Shown in pieces: positions 20,461 to 29,730 of a stretch of 64,000 nt of DNA (positions are counted from its first letter, which is position 1; the number at the start of each line of letters is the position of its first letter). The notes under the pieces were generated by a model. That model was not told the DNA's origin and did no database searches. It saw nothing but the letters and a program-made list of their open reading frames with translations. Position numbers and translations under genes: made by a program. The stretch covers positions 1-64,000 of the forward strand of contig JBNRMN010000073.1 of NCBI GenBank assembly GCA_050309605.1. The letters run 5' to 3'. Source of the stretch: Anaerohalosphaeraceae bacterium (lineage in GTDB: Bacteria > Planctomycetota > Phycisphaerae > Sedimentisphaerales > Anaerohalosphaeraceae).

Positions 20461-20488
20461 ATTCTAATCGAAAATTGTTTCCTGTCAA
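20461..20488 (-). promoter_or_regulatory. sigma70 promoter of the marR-ablA-SSS-ablB cluster
   Basis: TTGACA-N16-TAGAAT on the minus strand. Confidence 0.7.
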
Positions 20489-20614
20489 GCTTTTTTTTTA
20501 TCAATCGATCTTGTTTTTTCTCCGTAACACAATATAATAGCGTCAGATACATTCAAAATACACGAGCCGCATTCGAGTCGCTAATGACACTTTTGAAAGG
20601 ATATAGGTGAGTTT

Positions 20615-21574
20615 GTGATGAACGATGGAATGGAACAGCTCAATGAATGGATGTGGAGTTACCGGGCGGCGCGGGTAGTACACGTGCTGGCGGGGCTGAA
20701 GGTCTTTACGCGGCTGGAACAGGAACCGATGACGGCAGAGGCGTTGGCCTCGGCCTTCGACGTCGAGGCTGGATTGCTCGAAAAGCTGCTGATTGCGGGC
20801 ACGGCAATGGGACTGCTGAAAAAAGACGACTCTGCGTATCTCAATACCCCCCTGAGCAGCGACTATCTCGTCGAAGGCAAGCCGCTGTATCAGGGTCATA
20901 TCATTGCCCATGCGGCCAATGTGTGGGAGGTCTGGACGGAACTGCCGGCCAAGGTCGGTCTCCAAACGGCTGAACAACAGAACACCGATTCCCATCAAAA
21001 CTTCATCCTCGGAATGCACAACATCACGATGGCCGGGCGAGGTTCACTGTTTCTGGAGGCGGTTGACCTGTCGGGTCGAAAGTCGCTGCTGGATGTCGGC
21101 GGGGGGCCGGGAACCTATTCAATTTTAGCCTGCCGACACTATCCCGACTTAAAGTCCACCGTTTTCGACTTACCTGAAACCATCGCGATTGCCCAAACCG
21201 TCATCGCCCAACACGGTTTGTCCGAGCGCATCGCAGTGCGCCGGGGAAGTTGGGACAAGGACGAGTTCGGGCAAGGTTATGACGCGGCGCTGTTGTCCAA
21301 CGTCCTGCACGGCCCGACAAGTCAGGCCGGAATGAAACTGCAAAAGACATTTTCAGCTCTCCGGCCGGGCGGCCTGCTGGCGGTGCAGGAATTTTTGCTC
21401 ACCGACGACAAAACCGGGCCGCTGATTCCGGCATTGTTTAATGTGATGGTCGGTGCCTACAGTCGGGACGAGTTGACCGCAGAAATCGAACGCGCCGGTT
21501 TCACAGATGTTCGTCTTGCCGCCCGCAACGACGCGGTTGGCGGCGCGTGGCTAACAGCCGCCAAACCCGCTTAA
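20615..21574 (+). CDS. SAM-dependent O-methyltransferase (dimerisation + Methyltransf_2 domains)
   Basis: N-terminal wHTH dimerisation region, LLDVGGGPG, VFDLP, SNVLH, LRPGG. Confidence 0.88.
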   Translation: MMNDGMEQLNEWMWSYRAARVVHVLAGLKVFTRLEQEPMTAEALASAFDVEAGLLEKLLIAGTAMGLLKKDDSAYLNTPLSSDYLVEGKPLYQGHIIAHAANVWEVWTELPAKVGLQTAEQQNTDSHQNFILGMHNITMAGRGSLFLEAVDLSGRKSLLDVGGGPGTYSILACRHYPDLKSTVFDLPETIAIAQTVIAQHGLSERIAVRRGSWDKDEFGQGYDAALLSNVLHGPTSQAGMKLQKTFSALRPGGLLAVQEFLLTDDKTGPLIPALFNVMVGAYSRDELTAEIERAGFTDVRLAARNDAVGGAWLTAAKPA

Positions 21575-21643
21575 ATCACAGCCAAAGCCCAAAAACTTCG
21601 GAAAGGTCTTGTCCGTTGAGGTGTTCGGTTTTACAATGCCGCC

Positions 21644-22612
21644 ATGGTCATCTTGGCGGGAATTGATGAGGCCGGTTACGGACCGCTGTTGGGTCCCCTG
21701 GTGGTATCGGTGGCGGCACTGGAAATGCCCGAACGCTTGCTGCGCGCTGATTTGTGGGAGCTGTTGGGCAAGGCCGTCGCAAAAGAAAAAAAGCATCTCA
21801 AGGGCCGCCTGCTCATCACCGACAGCAAAAAGGCCTATACTCCTTCAAGCGGTCTGGCCCATTTGCGCCGGACGGTATTATCGTGTCTGGCTGCGTCAGA
21901 CCCAGACAGTTTGTCCCCTGAAACCGCCGGTCAACTGCTTTGCCGGCTTTGTCCGGACGCAGCGGGTCGATTGACGGCCTATCCCTGGCATCTCAATCTG
22001 GACCGCCTGCCGCTGGGGGACAACCCGCAGGCCGTCCGGGTTGCTGCGTCGGTTCTGGATAAAACACTGGCCGAACACGATATACGCCTACACACGCTTG
22101 CCGCCCGTTGTCTCGATGTTGGTTTTTATAATCAGCGGGTCGCCGCCGTTCGCAATAAATCCCGTGTTCTGTTCGGCGAGCTGTGCGGCCTGATCAGCGA
22201 TCTGGTTTGCGGCGACGGTCCGGAGTCGTTCCAGTTCATCATCGATCGGCAGGGCGGACGGGTCCGTTATGAACAGGAATTGCTTCGCATGTTCCCGCAG
22301 GCCCGTCTGGTCGTGATTCGGCAGGACGAGAAAATAAGTTCCTACGAAATGGGTATTCAAAACAAACAAATTCGCCTTCACTTTGCCGCCGGCGCTGACG
22401 GACGCTTCCTGCCGGTTTGTCTGGCTTCGATGCTCAGCAAATATATCCGCGAAGTGGTGATGCAATCCCAAAACGCCTATTTCCTGGACCTGTGCCACTC
22501 CCTCAAACCCACCGCCGGCTACTGGCAGGACGGCCAACGCTTCATCCGCGATCTCTCGGAAAAACTTCCGGATTTTACCTTCGAATCCCAACAGCTCATC
22601 CGCTCCCTCTAA
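21644..22612 (+). CDS. Ribonuclease HII-like protein (long form)
   Basis: GIDEAGYGPLLGPLVV, DSKK, IDRQGG, AD...V.LASM.SK, GY motifs. Confidence 0.8.
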   Translation: MVILAGIDEAGYGPLLGPLVVSVAALEMPERLLRADLWELLGKAVAKEKKHLKGRLLITDSKKAYTPSSGLAHLRRTVLSCLAASDPDSLSPETAGQLLCRLCPDAAGRLTAYPWHLNLDRLPLGDNPQAVRVAASVLDKTLAEHDIRLHTLAARCLDVGFYNQRVAAVRNKSRVLFGELCGLISDLVCGDGPESFQFIIDRQGGRVRYEQELLRMFPQARLVVIRQDEKISSYEMGIQNKQIRLHFAAGADGRFLPVCLASMLSKYIREVVMQSQNAYFLDLCHSLKPTAGYWQDGQRFIRDLSEKLPDFTFESQQLIRSL

Positions 22613-22799
22613 AACCGATGGTCGATTCCGAAACAACAGGGGCAGGCCTGCGTATCCGCCTTAAAAACGTTCATAGGTGCATCGTTTTTTCGAAAATGCT
22701 GATTTTTTCCGTCAACAAGAAGGCATGTCATGTCAAAAATATGTAATTTTTCGGGTTTGCGGGTTGCCAAAAAATTTTTGAAAAATCGTTCGGTTTTTG

Positions 22800-22827
22800 T
22801 TAGGTTTTTTTGACGGAATGCCGATAA
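22800..22827 (+). promoter_or_regulatory. sigma-28 (FliA/WhiG)-like promoter upstream of orf177-lexA
   Basis: Exact GCCGATAA at 22820-22827; TTAGGTTT/TAGGTTTT at -35 spacing (consensus TAAAGTTT-N11-GCCGATAA). Confidence 0.5.
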
Positions 22828-22876
22828 TCTAACAGACAGAGGTTTTGGATGGACCCAAAATTAAGGAATCCGTACG

Positions 22877-23410
22877 ATGGAACGAGAACATTCAGACATG
22901 AGCAAGTTGCCTTTATGCCGATTCGGCCCGGGCGGTGATTTCGTCCACAACTGGCACGGCGCGCCGAACGAATCAGCCGAGCAGGCCCCCGGTACGCCAT
23001 TGACCGGCGTACTGACGACGATTGCCGGGCTGCTGGGCGTAACGGTGCAGCCGGAGCTGCTGACGGAGATTGCCTGTATTCTGCCCGCCGACGCGGCCAA
23101 ACAGGATCAGCCCGCTTCAGTGGATCACAAACAGGAGAGTACGTGCAATGACTTACCCCGACCGACCGATCGACATCACGCCGCGTCAACTGGACGTCCT
23201 GGCACAAATCGCGGCCTTTCAAAGCAGCCGCTGCTATTCAGCGACGATTGGGGAGTTGGCCGAGGCGCTCAACATAAGCCGACCCACCGCGTTCGAACAC
23301 GTCGCCGGCCTGCGCGAAAAAAAGCTGATTACGCAGTCGAACGGCAGGGCACGCTCTTTGCGCTTAACGGCAAAGGGAAAACGCCTCATCGACAGGGTTC
23401 GGCGGCTTAA
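22877..23410 (+). CDS. Hypothetical 177-aa protein overlapping the lexA 5' end in an alternative frame
   Basis: AAGGAA RBS at 22863-22868; fills otherwise empty DNA before lexA; protein-like N-terminus LPLCRFGPGGDFV; two QxxLF motifs. Confidence 0.5.
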   Translation: MEREHSDMSKLPLCRFGPGGDFVHNWHGAPNESAEQAPGTPLTGVLTTIAGLLGVTVQPELLTEIACILPADAAKQDQPASVDHKQESTCNDLPRPTDRHHAASTGRPGTNRGLSKQPLLFSDDWGVGRGAQHKPTHRVRTRRRPARKKADYAVERQGTLFALNGKGKTPHRQGSAA

Positions 23411-23831
23411 ATCCCGACCGACACCGCCCCCCGCGGCTGGGTCGAATCCGGAGCAGTCTCCGTGGCTTGTGGCCGGACGCATCAGCGCGGGTTACGGCAT
23501 CGAGGCGATTGAGAATCCTCAATTATTTTCTGTGACGTCGTTTTTGGGCAGTGGACACGGCGAGTTTCTGCTCCAGGTTGTCGGCAGCAGCATGATCGAT
23601 GCGGGCATATACGACGGAGATTATATTGTATGTCGTCCTTCTGCTGCTGCGGATAACGGCCAAATCGTCGTTGCCTTGCTGAGAGATCAGACCGCGACGG
23701 TGAAGCGTTTTTATAAAACTCGAAAGGCGGTACGGCTTCAACCGGCCAATGACGCCTTTGAGCCGATTATGGCGACCGATTGCATCATCCAGGCCATTGT
23801 TACCGGCGTTATTCGCAGACTCACTCACTGA
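23148..23831 (+). CDS. lexA: LexA repressor
   Basis: AGGAGAG RBS; TPRQ..L HTH, ARSL wing, SAG cleavage site, GSSM catalytic Ser, TVKR catalytic Lys, LQPAN. Confidence 0.92.
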   Translation: MTYPDRPIDITPRQLDVLAQIAAFQSSRCYSATIGELAEALNISRPTAFEHVAGLREKKLITQSNGRARSLRLTAKGKRLIDRVRRLKSRPTPPPAAGSNPEQSPWLVAGRISAGYGIEAIENPQLFSVTSFLGSGHGEFLLQVVGSSMIDAGIYDGDYIVCRPSAAADNGQIVVALLRDQTATVKRFYKTRKAVRLQPANDAFEPIMATDCIIQAIVTGVIRRLTH

Positions 23832-23843
23832 CAAGGAAAGACC

Positions 23844-24680
23844 ATGCCCAGACCCGCTGTACAACCCGATGACGGTATTCTTGTGGTTCAGAATCTGACC
23901 AAACGATTCGGCCGGGCGCTGGTGCTCGACGGCATTTCAATGGCCATCGAGGAGGGCAAGACCACCGCCGTCATCGGCCCCAGCGGCTGCGGCAAGACGG
24001 TTTTTATGAAACATCTGATCGTGCTCGAACGCCCGACTGAAGGGAGGGTCTTTTTCCGCGGACAGCGGATGGACCAACTGGACGAAAAAGAGCTGGCCGG
24101 TATTCGCACCCGTTTTGGATTTTGTTTTCAGATGAGTGCCTTGTTTGACAGTCTGACCGTCTATGAGAATATCGTGTTCCCTGTTCGCCAGCATGTCAAA
24201 GCGATCAATGAAAAAGCCCTTGATGAGCTGGTCAAGCAGAAACTGGCGATGGTCGGCATGGACGGGTATCAGCAGCATTATCCGGCCGAGCTGTCCGGCG
24301 GACAGCGAAAGCGCGTCGCCCTGGCGCGGGCGATTGCCCTTAATCCCGAAGTCATTCTGTACGATGAGCCGACCACCGGTCTGGATCCTATCACGTCGGA
24401 TGTCATTAATGAATTGATCATAAAACTTCAAAGAGAGCTGAAGATAACCAGTGTCGTGGTTACTCATGATATGAATAGCGCCTACAAAATCGCCGACCGC
24501 ATTGTGATGCTGCACAAGGGAAAAATCATTGCCGACGGCGACGCCGAGCACATCCGCAACCATCCCAACGACCTGGTCCAGCAGTTCATTCAGGGCAAAG
24601 TCGGTCAGGCCGAGCTGGCGGCCCTTCGACTGGGCGGTACCCGACTGGAAACCCAGTTCACGCCGGACGATTTCCGCTAA
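23844..24680 (+). CDS. ABC transporter ATP-binding protein, MlaF/Mkl family
   Basis: GPSGCGKT, FQ.SALFDSLTVYEN, PAELSGGQRKRVALARA, YDEPTTGLDP, VTHD. Confidence 0.9.
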   Translation: MPRPAVQPDDGILVVQNLTKRFGRALVLDGISMAIEEGKTTAVIGPSGCGKTVFMKHLIVLERPTEGRVFFRGQRMDQLDEKELAGIRTRFGFCFQMSALFDSLTVYENIVFPVRQHVKAINEKALDELVKQKLAMVGMDGYQQHYPAELSGGQRKRVALARAIALNPEVILYDEPTTGLDPITSDVINELIIKLQRELKITSVVVTHDMNSAYKIADRIVMLHKGKIIADGDAEHIRNHPNDLVQQFIQGKVGQAELAALRLGGTRLETQFTPDDFR

Positions 24681-24787
24681 TTGATTGATAACCGTCCACC
24701 GTTTTTGGAAACATTCAAATGATGAGCCGCCTCATCGACTTGTCGAGAAACCGCACAAGACGGGCCAGGCCGTGAGAAAGCAATGCG

Positions 24788-25174
24788 TCAGCGTATGTCG
24801 ATGCGATAGTCCTGTTCAAAGACTGTATCAAAATCAAAGACATTGTCAAAATCGTCGATGGTGTCGGTTTCCTGCGAGGTCATCCATTCGTGCGCGATCA
24901 TTAAATAGACAATCTCGCCGAAATCCCGCGTTTGGCGCACGCCCCATTGGGCCAGCACCATATTGGCCAGACGCCCCCATCGCTGCATCGCCAGGTCCGC
25001 CAGTCCCCAGGCCAGTTCCTGACCGGTAATATGTCGGGGATGCTCGGCGTCTTCATTTTGCCGCAGTTTCTCAATCGTCCCGGCCAGCCCCTCATACACA
25101 AACTTCAGCGCCCGCACATCGTATCGTCCGTCGGTCCGTGCAATCTCTTCCAGCGTTTCTTTCATCGCACTCAT
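24788..25174 (-). CDS. Minf_1886-type (Verrucomicrobia/Planctomycetes-restricted) protein
   Basis: D.RY...A..FV, RHITGQEL, WG.LA..VL..WGV..T.DFGEIVY, D..DDF..VFDF motifs. Confidence 0.8.
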   Translation of the reverse strand: MSAMKETLEEIARTDGRYDVRALKFVYEGLAGTIEKLRQNEDAEHPRHITGQELAWGLADLAMQRWGRLANMVLAQWGVRQTRDFGEIVYLMIAHEWMTSQETDTIDDFDNVFDFDTVFEQDYRIDIR

Positions 25175-25202
25175 CCTGCACACTCTGACTTCAGAATACC
25201 GA

Positions 25203-27215
25203 TCAATGGACGCGCTGGCCGGGCTGGGCGCCGACGTCGGGGCTGATCAAAAAGACCTCGCTGCCGCCGGGGCCGGCGGCACAGACCATGCCTTCGGACA
25301 GACCGAACTTCATTTTTCGCGGTTTGAGATTGGCCACACACACCACCAGCCGCCCGACCAAATCTTCGGGCGTGTAGGCCTTGGCGATGCCCGCGAAAAC
25401 ATGCCGGCTTACGCCGCCCAGATCCAGCTCCAGGCTGAGCAGCTTGTCGGCTCCCTCCACCGACGAGGCCTTGACGATCTTGGCGATGCGTAAATCCACC
25501 TTCATAAAATCCTCTATCGTACATTCCTCGGCCAGCGGCTCGTCGAGCGTTGGTGTGGTCGTCTCTGCGGCCGGCGGGGTTGTGTTCTGTTTGCTGTCTT
25601 CAATCATGGCATTTACCTTTTTCTTGTCAATGCGTTCAATCAAGCGTTCAAAGTCGTTAATCTGGTGCTCTTGAAGGGTCGTCTCGGCGTCCGCAAACGT
25701 CAGCGGCCCAATATTCAAAAACCGCTCCATTTTTTCGGCAAATGCCGGCAGCACCGGCTTGAGATAAATCGTCAGCAGCCGGGCGGCGTTCAGCACCGCC
25801 GTGAGCACCATCCTGGTTTTTTCCGGATCGGTTTTGATCAGCGCCCATGGCTGATTGTCTTCCACATACTTGTTGCATTGATCGGCCAGGGCGCAGGTCC
25901 GACGGATGACCGCGGCGTAATTCAGGGCTTCATAGTTCTGTATCATCGTGTTTTTCGCTTGACGCAGCGTTTCCAGCAGCTCCGCGGCCGCCGGATCCGG
26001 ACGGCCGAGCCTGCCGCCGAAATGTTTGGACAGCATCGGTCCTGAACGGCTGGCCAGATTGGCCAGTTTGCCCACCAGATCGGCGTTGACGCGGCTGACA
26101 AAATCATCGACATTCAAATCAATGTCTCCCACGTCGCCGCTGAGCTTGGTCGCATAGTAATAACGCAGATATTGCGGATCCAAATGCTTCAGATACGTGC
26201 GTGCCATCACGAAGGTGCCTTTGCTCTTGCTCATCTTCTGCCCGTTGACGGTCAAAAACCCGTGAACAAACAGCTTGTCCGGACGGCGCATCTTCGCGGC
26301 CATCAACAGGGCCGGCCAGAACAGCGCGTGAAAATACATAATATCCTTGCCGATAAAATGATAAATTTCATATTCGCCGCTGTTCCAGACATGCTCAAAG
26401 TCCAGCCCGTTGCGTTCGCAGTAGTTCTTGCACGAGGCCATATAGCCGATTGGCGCATCCAGCCAGACATAGAAATATTTGTCATTCTCGCCGGGGATTT
26501 TGAAGCCGAAGTACGGTCCGTCGCGCGAAATATCCCAGTCCTTCAGACCCGCGGCAAACCATTCATCCAGCTTGTTCCGAACCGAGTCCTGGACATAACC
26601 GGCGGCGAACAACTCTCTCAGTGCGTCGGCGTAATCGCCCAGCTTGAAGAAATAGTGGGTGCTTTCCTTCAGCACCGGCCGCTGACCGCTGACGGCGCTG
26701 ACGGGATTGATCAGTTCCGCGGCCTGATAATGCGCTCCGCACACATCGCACGAATCGCCGTACTGATTCTCAGCCTTGCACCGCGGGCAGGTCCCTTTGA
26801 TGTATCGGTCGGGCAGCCACATTTGCTCCTGTTCATCGTAGGCCTGCTGAACGGTTTTCTTGACAATGGAGCCGGCTTCCAGAGCGCCGGTATAGATGCG
26901 CTCGCTGAGCTGACGATTTTCTTCTGAGTGGGTCGTATAGTAGTTATCAAACACGATCTCAAAATCGCTGAAATCCTGCATGTGTTCGCGATGAACCCGT
27001 GCGATCAATGCTTCCGGCGTCGTGCCCTCGCTTTTGGCCCGAATCATGACCGGTGTGCCGTGTGTATCGTCGGCACAGAAATAATAACAGGTATTTCCGC
27101 AGGCTTTTTGAAACCGCACCCAGATATCCGTTTGCAGATATTCGACCAGATGGCCGATATGAATCGGGCCGTTGGCATAGGGCAATGCGGATGTTACAAG
27201 TATTTTGCGTGTCAT
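25203..27215 (-). CDS. metG: Methionyl-tRNA synthetase
   Basis: ALPYANGPIHIGH, Zn knuckle CPRC..CDVC, KMSKS, C-terminal tRNA-binding domain. Confidence 0.97.
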   Translation of the reverse strand: MTRKILVTSALPYANGPIHIGHLVEYLQTDIWVRFQKACGNTCYYFCADDTHGTPVMIRAKSEGTTPEALIARVHREHMQDFSDFEIVFDNYYTTHSEENRQLSERIYTGALEAGSIVKKTVQQAYDEQEQMWLPDRYIKGTCPRCKAENQYGDSCDVCGAHYQAAELINPVSAVSGQRPVLKESTHYFFKLGDYADALRELFAAGYVQDSVRNKLDEWFAAGLKDWDISRDGPYFGFKIPGENDKYFYVWLDAPIGYMASCKNYCERNGLDFEHVWNSGEYEIYHFIGKDIMYFHALFWPALLMAAKMRRPDKLFVHGFLTVNGQKMSKSKGTFVMARTYLKHLDPQYLRYYYATKLSGDVGDIDLNVDDFVSRVNADLVGKLANLASRSGPMLSKHFGGRLGRPDPAAAELLETLRQAKNTMIQNYEALNYAAVIRRTCALADQCNKYVEDNQPWALIKTDPEKTRMVLTAVLNAARLLTIYLKPVLPAFAEKMERFLNIGPLTFADAETTLQEHQINDFERLIERIDKKKVNAMIEDSKQNTTPPAAETTTPTLDEPLAEECTIEDFMKVDLRIAKIVKASSVEGADKLLSLELDLGGVSRHVFAGIAKAYTPEDLVGRLVVCVANLKPRKMKFGLSEGMVCAAGPGGSEVFLISPDVGAQPGQRVH

Positions 27216-27221
27216 GGGCGT

Positions 27222-28532
27222 TTACTCTCCGGAAGGCTTTCCATCGGTGTTTTCGGTCTTGGGGGAACGATTTTGAGGTCCGTTCTTAGTGCCGCCCCGA
27301 CGTTTTTTGCGGCGATTTTTGCCGCGTCGATTCGTCCGTGCGTCCTCGGCGCCGGCTGCGCTCTTGGCGGCGCGTTTCTTTCGCGGTTTTCTGCCGCTGC
27401 GCTGGGAGACGTTGCGATTTTTCTGACGGTCGTCGCGCGGGTCAGGCCGCGAGTCTTTTGAGTTGTTATCGCGTTTTGTTCCGGCGTTCGGAGCCTGGCC
27501 CGCAATCAAATCGTCAACCGACGTAATCGCGGCGTCCTGTTCCTGTTGGGCTTCGTCCTCGACTTCTTCGACAACATTTATTTCCTCGTTAAGCGGATGG
27601 ACAGGGCGGTTCGGGTGGGTTTCTTTTTCTTCAGTTTGATCCATCGGCAACAGTTCATCGATCGGCCAGGCCTGACGGTCGCCCAGCGCGTCCTGCACCA
27701 CCACCAGTTGGGTCAGAATCTGAACGTCGATCACGCGGCCTGTGCCCTTGGGTGTGCGCACCATGGAGTTGCGCTGCGGGAGATTATCCTTTAGTTCCGT
27801 ATAAGTCAGGTCTTCATATCGAAGACAACATTTCAGCCGCCCGCAATGCCCGCTGATCTTCGATGGATCGAGCGTGGCCTTTTGCAGCTTGGCCATCCGC
27901 ATATTGACCGGCTCAAGAATCTTCAGAAACCGGCTGCAGCAGCACTGCTGGCCGCATGTCTCGTAGTCGCTGACCAGCCGAGCCTCGTCGCGCGCTCCGA
28001 TCTGGCGCAGTTCAATCCGCGTCTGGTATTCGCGGGCCAGTGTCTTGACCAATTCGCGAAAATCCACACGTCCCTCGCTCGTAAAGTAATAGATGATGCG
28101 CTCGCCGCCGAACAGATGCTCGGCATCGACGATTCGCATCGGCAGGCCCAGTTCCTTGATATACTTTTCGCAGCAGGCGATTTCTTCCTGTTCGGATTGA
28201 ACAAGGTGTTCCTGCTCGCGAAGGTCCTCATGGGTGGCGAATCGGACAAATGTCCCGCCGGGGCCAACGGGCGAGCCGACACCGAGATTGCCGTAATAGC
28301 TTTCGACTTGTTCCGGCGTGCTGCGAAACTGTCCCCCGCGGTAGTTGTGGATACCGACCACTTCACCCAGTTCCAGACCGCGTTCGGTCTTGATGATGAC
28401 CTTGGTATTGAGTTTGGGAAGGGTGTTTTCGTTGTGCTCAAACCATCCCATCAGCCCCATCCGGCCGTAACTGACCAGCATATATTTATTATTTTTAGCC
28501 CCTTTGGGCTTTGTTGTTTCAGGTTGCGTCAT
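27222..28532 (-). CDS. PSP1/YaaT (RicT)-domain protein with a basic disordered tail
   Basis: TERGLELG, RVDFRELVK.LA..Y.TRIELRQIGARDEA, CGQQCCC, KISGHCGRLKCCLRYE. Confidence 0.9.
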   Translation of the reverse strand: MTQPETTKPKGAKNNKYMLVSYGRMGLMGWFEHNENTLPKLNTKVIIKTERGLELGEVVGIHNYRGGQFRSTPEQVESYYGNLGVGSPVGPGGTFVRFATHEDLREQEHLVQSEQEEIACCEKYIKELGLPMRIVDAEHLFGGERIIYYFTSEGRVDFRELVKTLAREYQTRIELRQIGARDEARLVSDYETCGQQCCCSRFLKILEPVNMRMAKLQKATLDPSKISGHCGRLKCCLRYEDLTYTELKDNLPQRNSMVRTPKGTGRVIDVQILTQLVVVQDALGDRQAWPIDELLPMDQTEEKETHPNRPVHPLNEEINVVEEVEDEAQQEQDAAITSVDDLIAGQAPNAGTKRDNNSKDSRPDPRDDRQKNRNVSQRSGRKPRKKRAAKSAAGAEDARTNRRGKNRRKKRRGGTKNGPQNRSPKTENTDGKPSGE

Positions 28533-28593
28533 GGATTTCGACATCTCCGCTGCACTACATTTCACATTCCGGGCAAGACGCTCGACGTTGTTC

Positions 28594-29730
28594 TTAGCTC
28601 ATAGAAAGGCTAATTATATCCGATTGCGTCAGATTTAACAAGACCTGCTCAAAAATCAGTTTTTCGTTGGCGTTGTCTTCCACCCAGCGGCGCAGCGCAT
28701 ACATCCGTGAGACCATCAAAGACAGCAATTCCGGCTCATATTTACCGGCTAATCGGCGAATAACCGGCATTTGATCGACGTTGACCAATTGCCCGGCCGC
28801 ACCGACGTGCAGTTTCAGTGCATCGGCCAGCGCCAGGGCGGCCATTTGTATCACTCCCGTTTGTGCCCGGCGATTGATGTCTTTGGTGCTGACATTTTCC
28901 ATCGACGCCGACCAGGCCGCGGCGATGTGTTTGGCCGCCTTGCTCATCCACTCGGCCTGCTCCAGCACATCCGGCAGGGCGGCGCCGGCCAGCCGTTCAA
29001 GCAATTCGCATTTAATCTGATAGGGACGGTCGCCTTTGGGCGCAAGCGACGCCCACTCAAGTGCCTGGCCGAGCCGACCTTCACTGAAGTTGGCCCAATA
29101 CACGCTTTCCGGCTCGCGGATCCCGATCGCGGCCAGTTTGCGAACAATGGTCTGCGAATCAACCGGCCCGAAACGCACCGGATGACACCGCGACAGCGTC
29201 GTCGGCAGCATTTTTTCCAGTCGGCTGCAAATCAGGATAATCACACAAAACGTCGGCGGCTCTTCCAGAATCTTGAGCATCGCGTTCTGACTGGAACGGT
29301 TGACCTTCTCGGCTTCCTGAACCACATAAACCACGTGCTGGCTTCGTTGCGGGCGGGTGGTGATTTTATCGATCAGAAATTCACGAATCACGTCCACCGG
29401 CATGTCAAGGGGGGCGGTTTTGTTTTTTCCGTCTTTGGTGAACGTGACCAGCTCTTTATAAATCGGCTGAAAATCAGGATGCCCGCCGCTTTCAAACAAC
29501 CGGCAGGAATCACATTGCCCGCAACTGTCGAAAAACACCGGCTCACCGGCTCGCTGAAGGCGGTGTTGACACAGCAGCATTTTGGCCCACGCGCGAGCGG
29601 TGGTGAATTTGCCCACGCCGTCTTCGCCGCAAAACAGGTAAGCGTGCGGCATACGCCCCGCGGCATACGCCCGCTGAAGCGAGCCGATGGCCTTGTCCTG
29701 GCAAACAATATCGCTTAACCGCTCTGCCAT
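28594..29730 (-). CDS. holB: DNA polymerase III subunit delta'
   Basis: HAYLF.G..GVGK, CGQCDSC, HPD, NAMLKILEEPP, LPTTLSRC; follows tmk. Confidence 0.9.
   Translation of the reverse strand: MAERLSDIVCQDKAIGSLQRAYAAGRMPHAYLFCGEDGVGKFTTARAWAKMLLCQHRLQRAGEPVFFDSCGQCDSCRLFESGGHPDFQPIYKELVTFTKDGKNKTAPLDMPVDVIREFLIDKITTRPQRSQHVVYVVQEAEKVNRSSQNAMLKILEEPPTFCVIILICSRLEKMLPTTLSRCHPVRFGPVDSQTIVRKLAAIGIREPESVYWANFSEGRLGQALEWASLAPKGDRPYQIKCELLERLAGAALPDVLEQAEWMSKAAKHIAAAWSASMENVSTKDINRRAQTGVIQMAALALADALKLHVGAAGQLVNVDQMPVIRRLAGKYEPELLSLMVSRMYALRRWVEDNANEKLIFEQVLLNLTQSDIISLSMS

Noticed and set aside
23070..23147. N-terminal extension of LexA from the ORF track
   Set aside because: The strong RBS and domain start point to ATG 23148.
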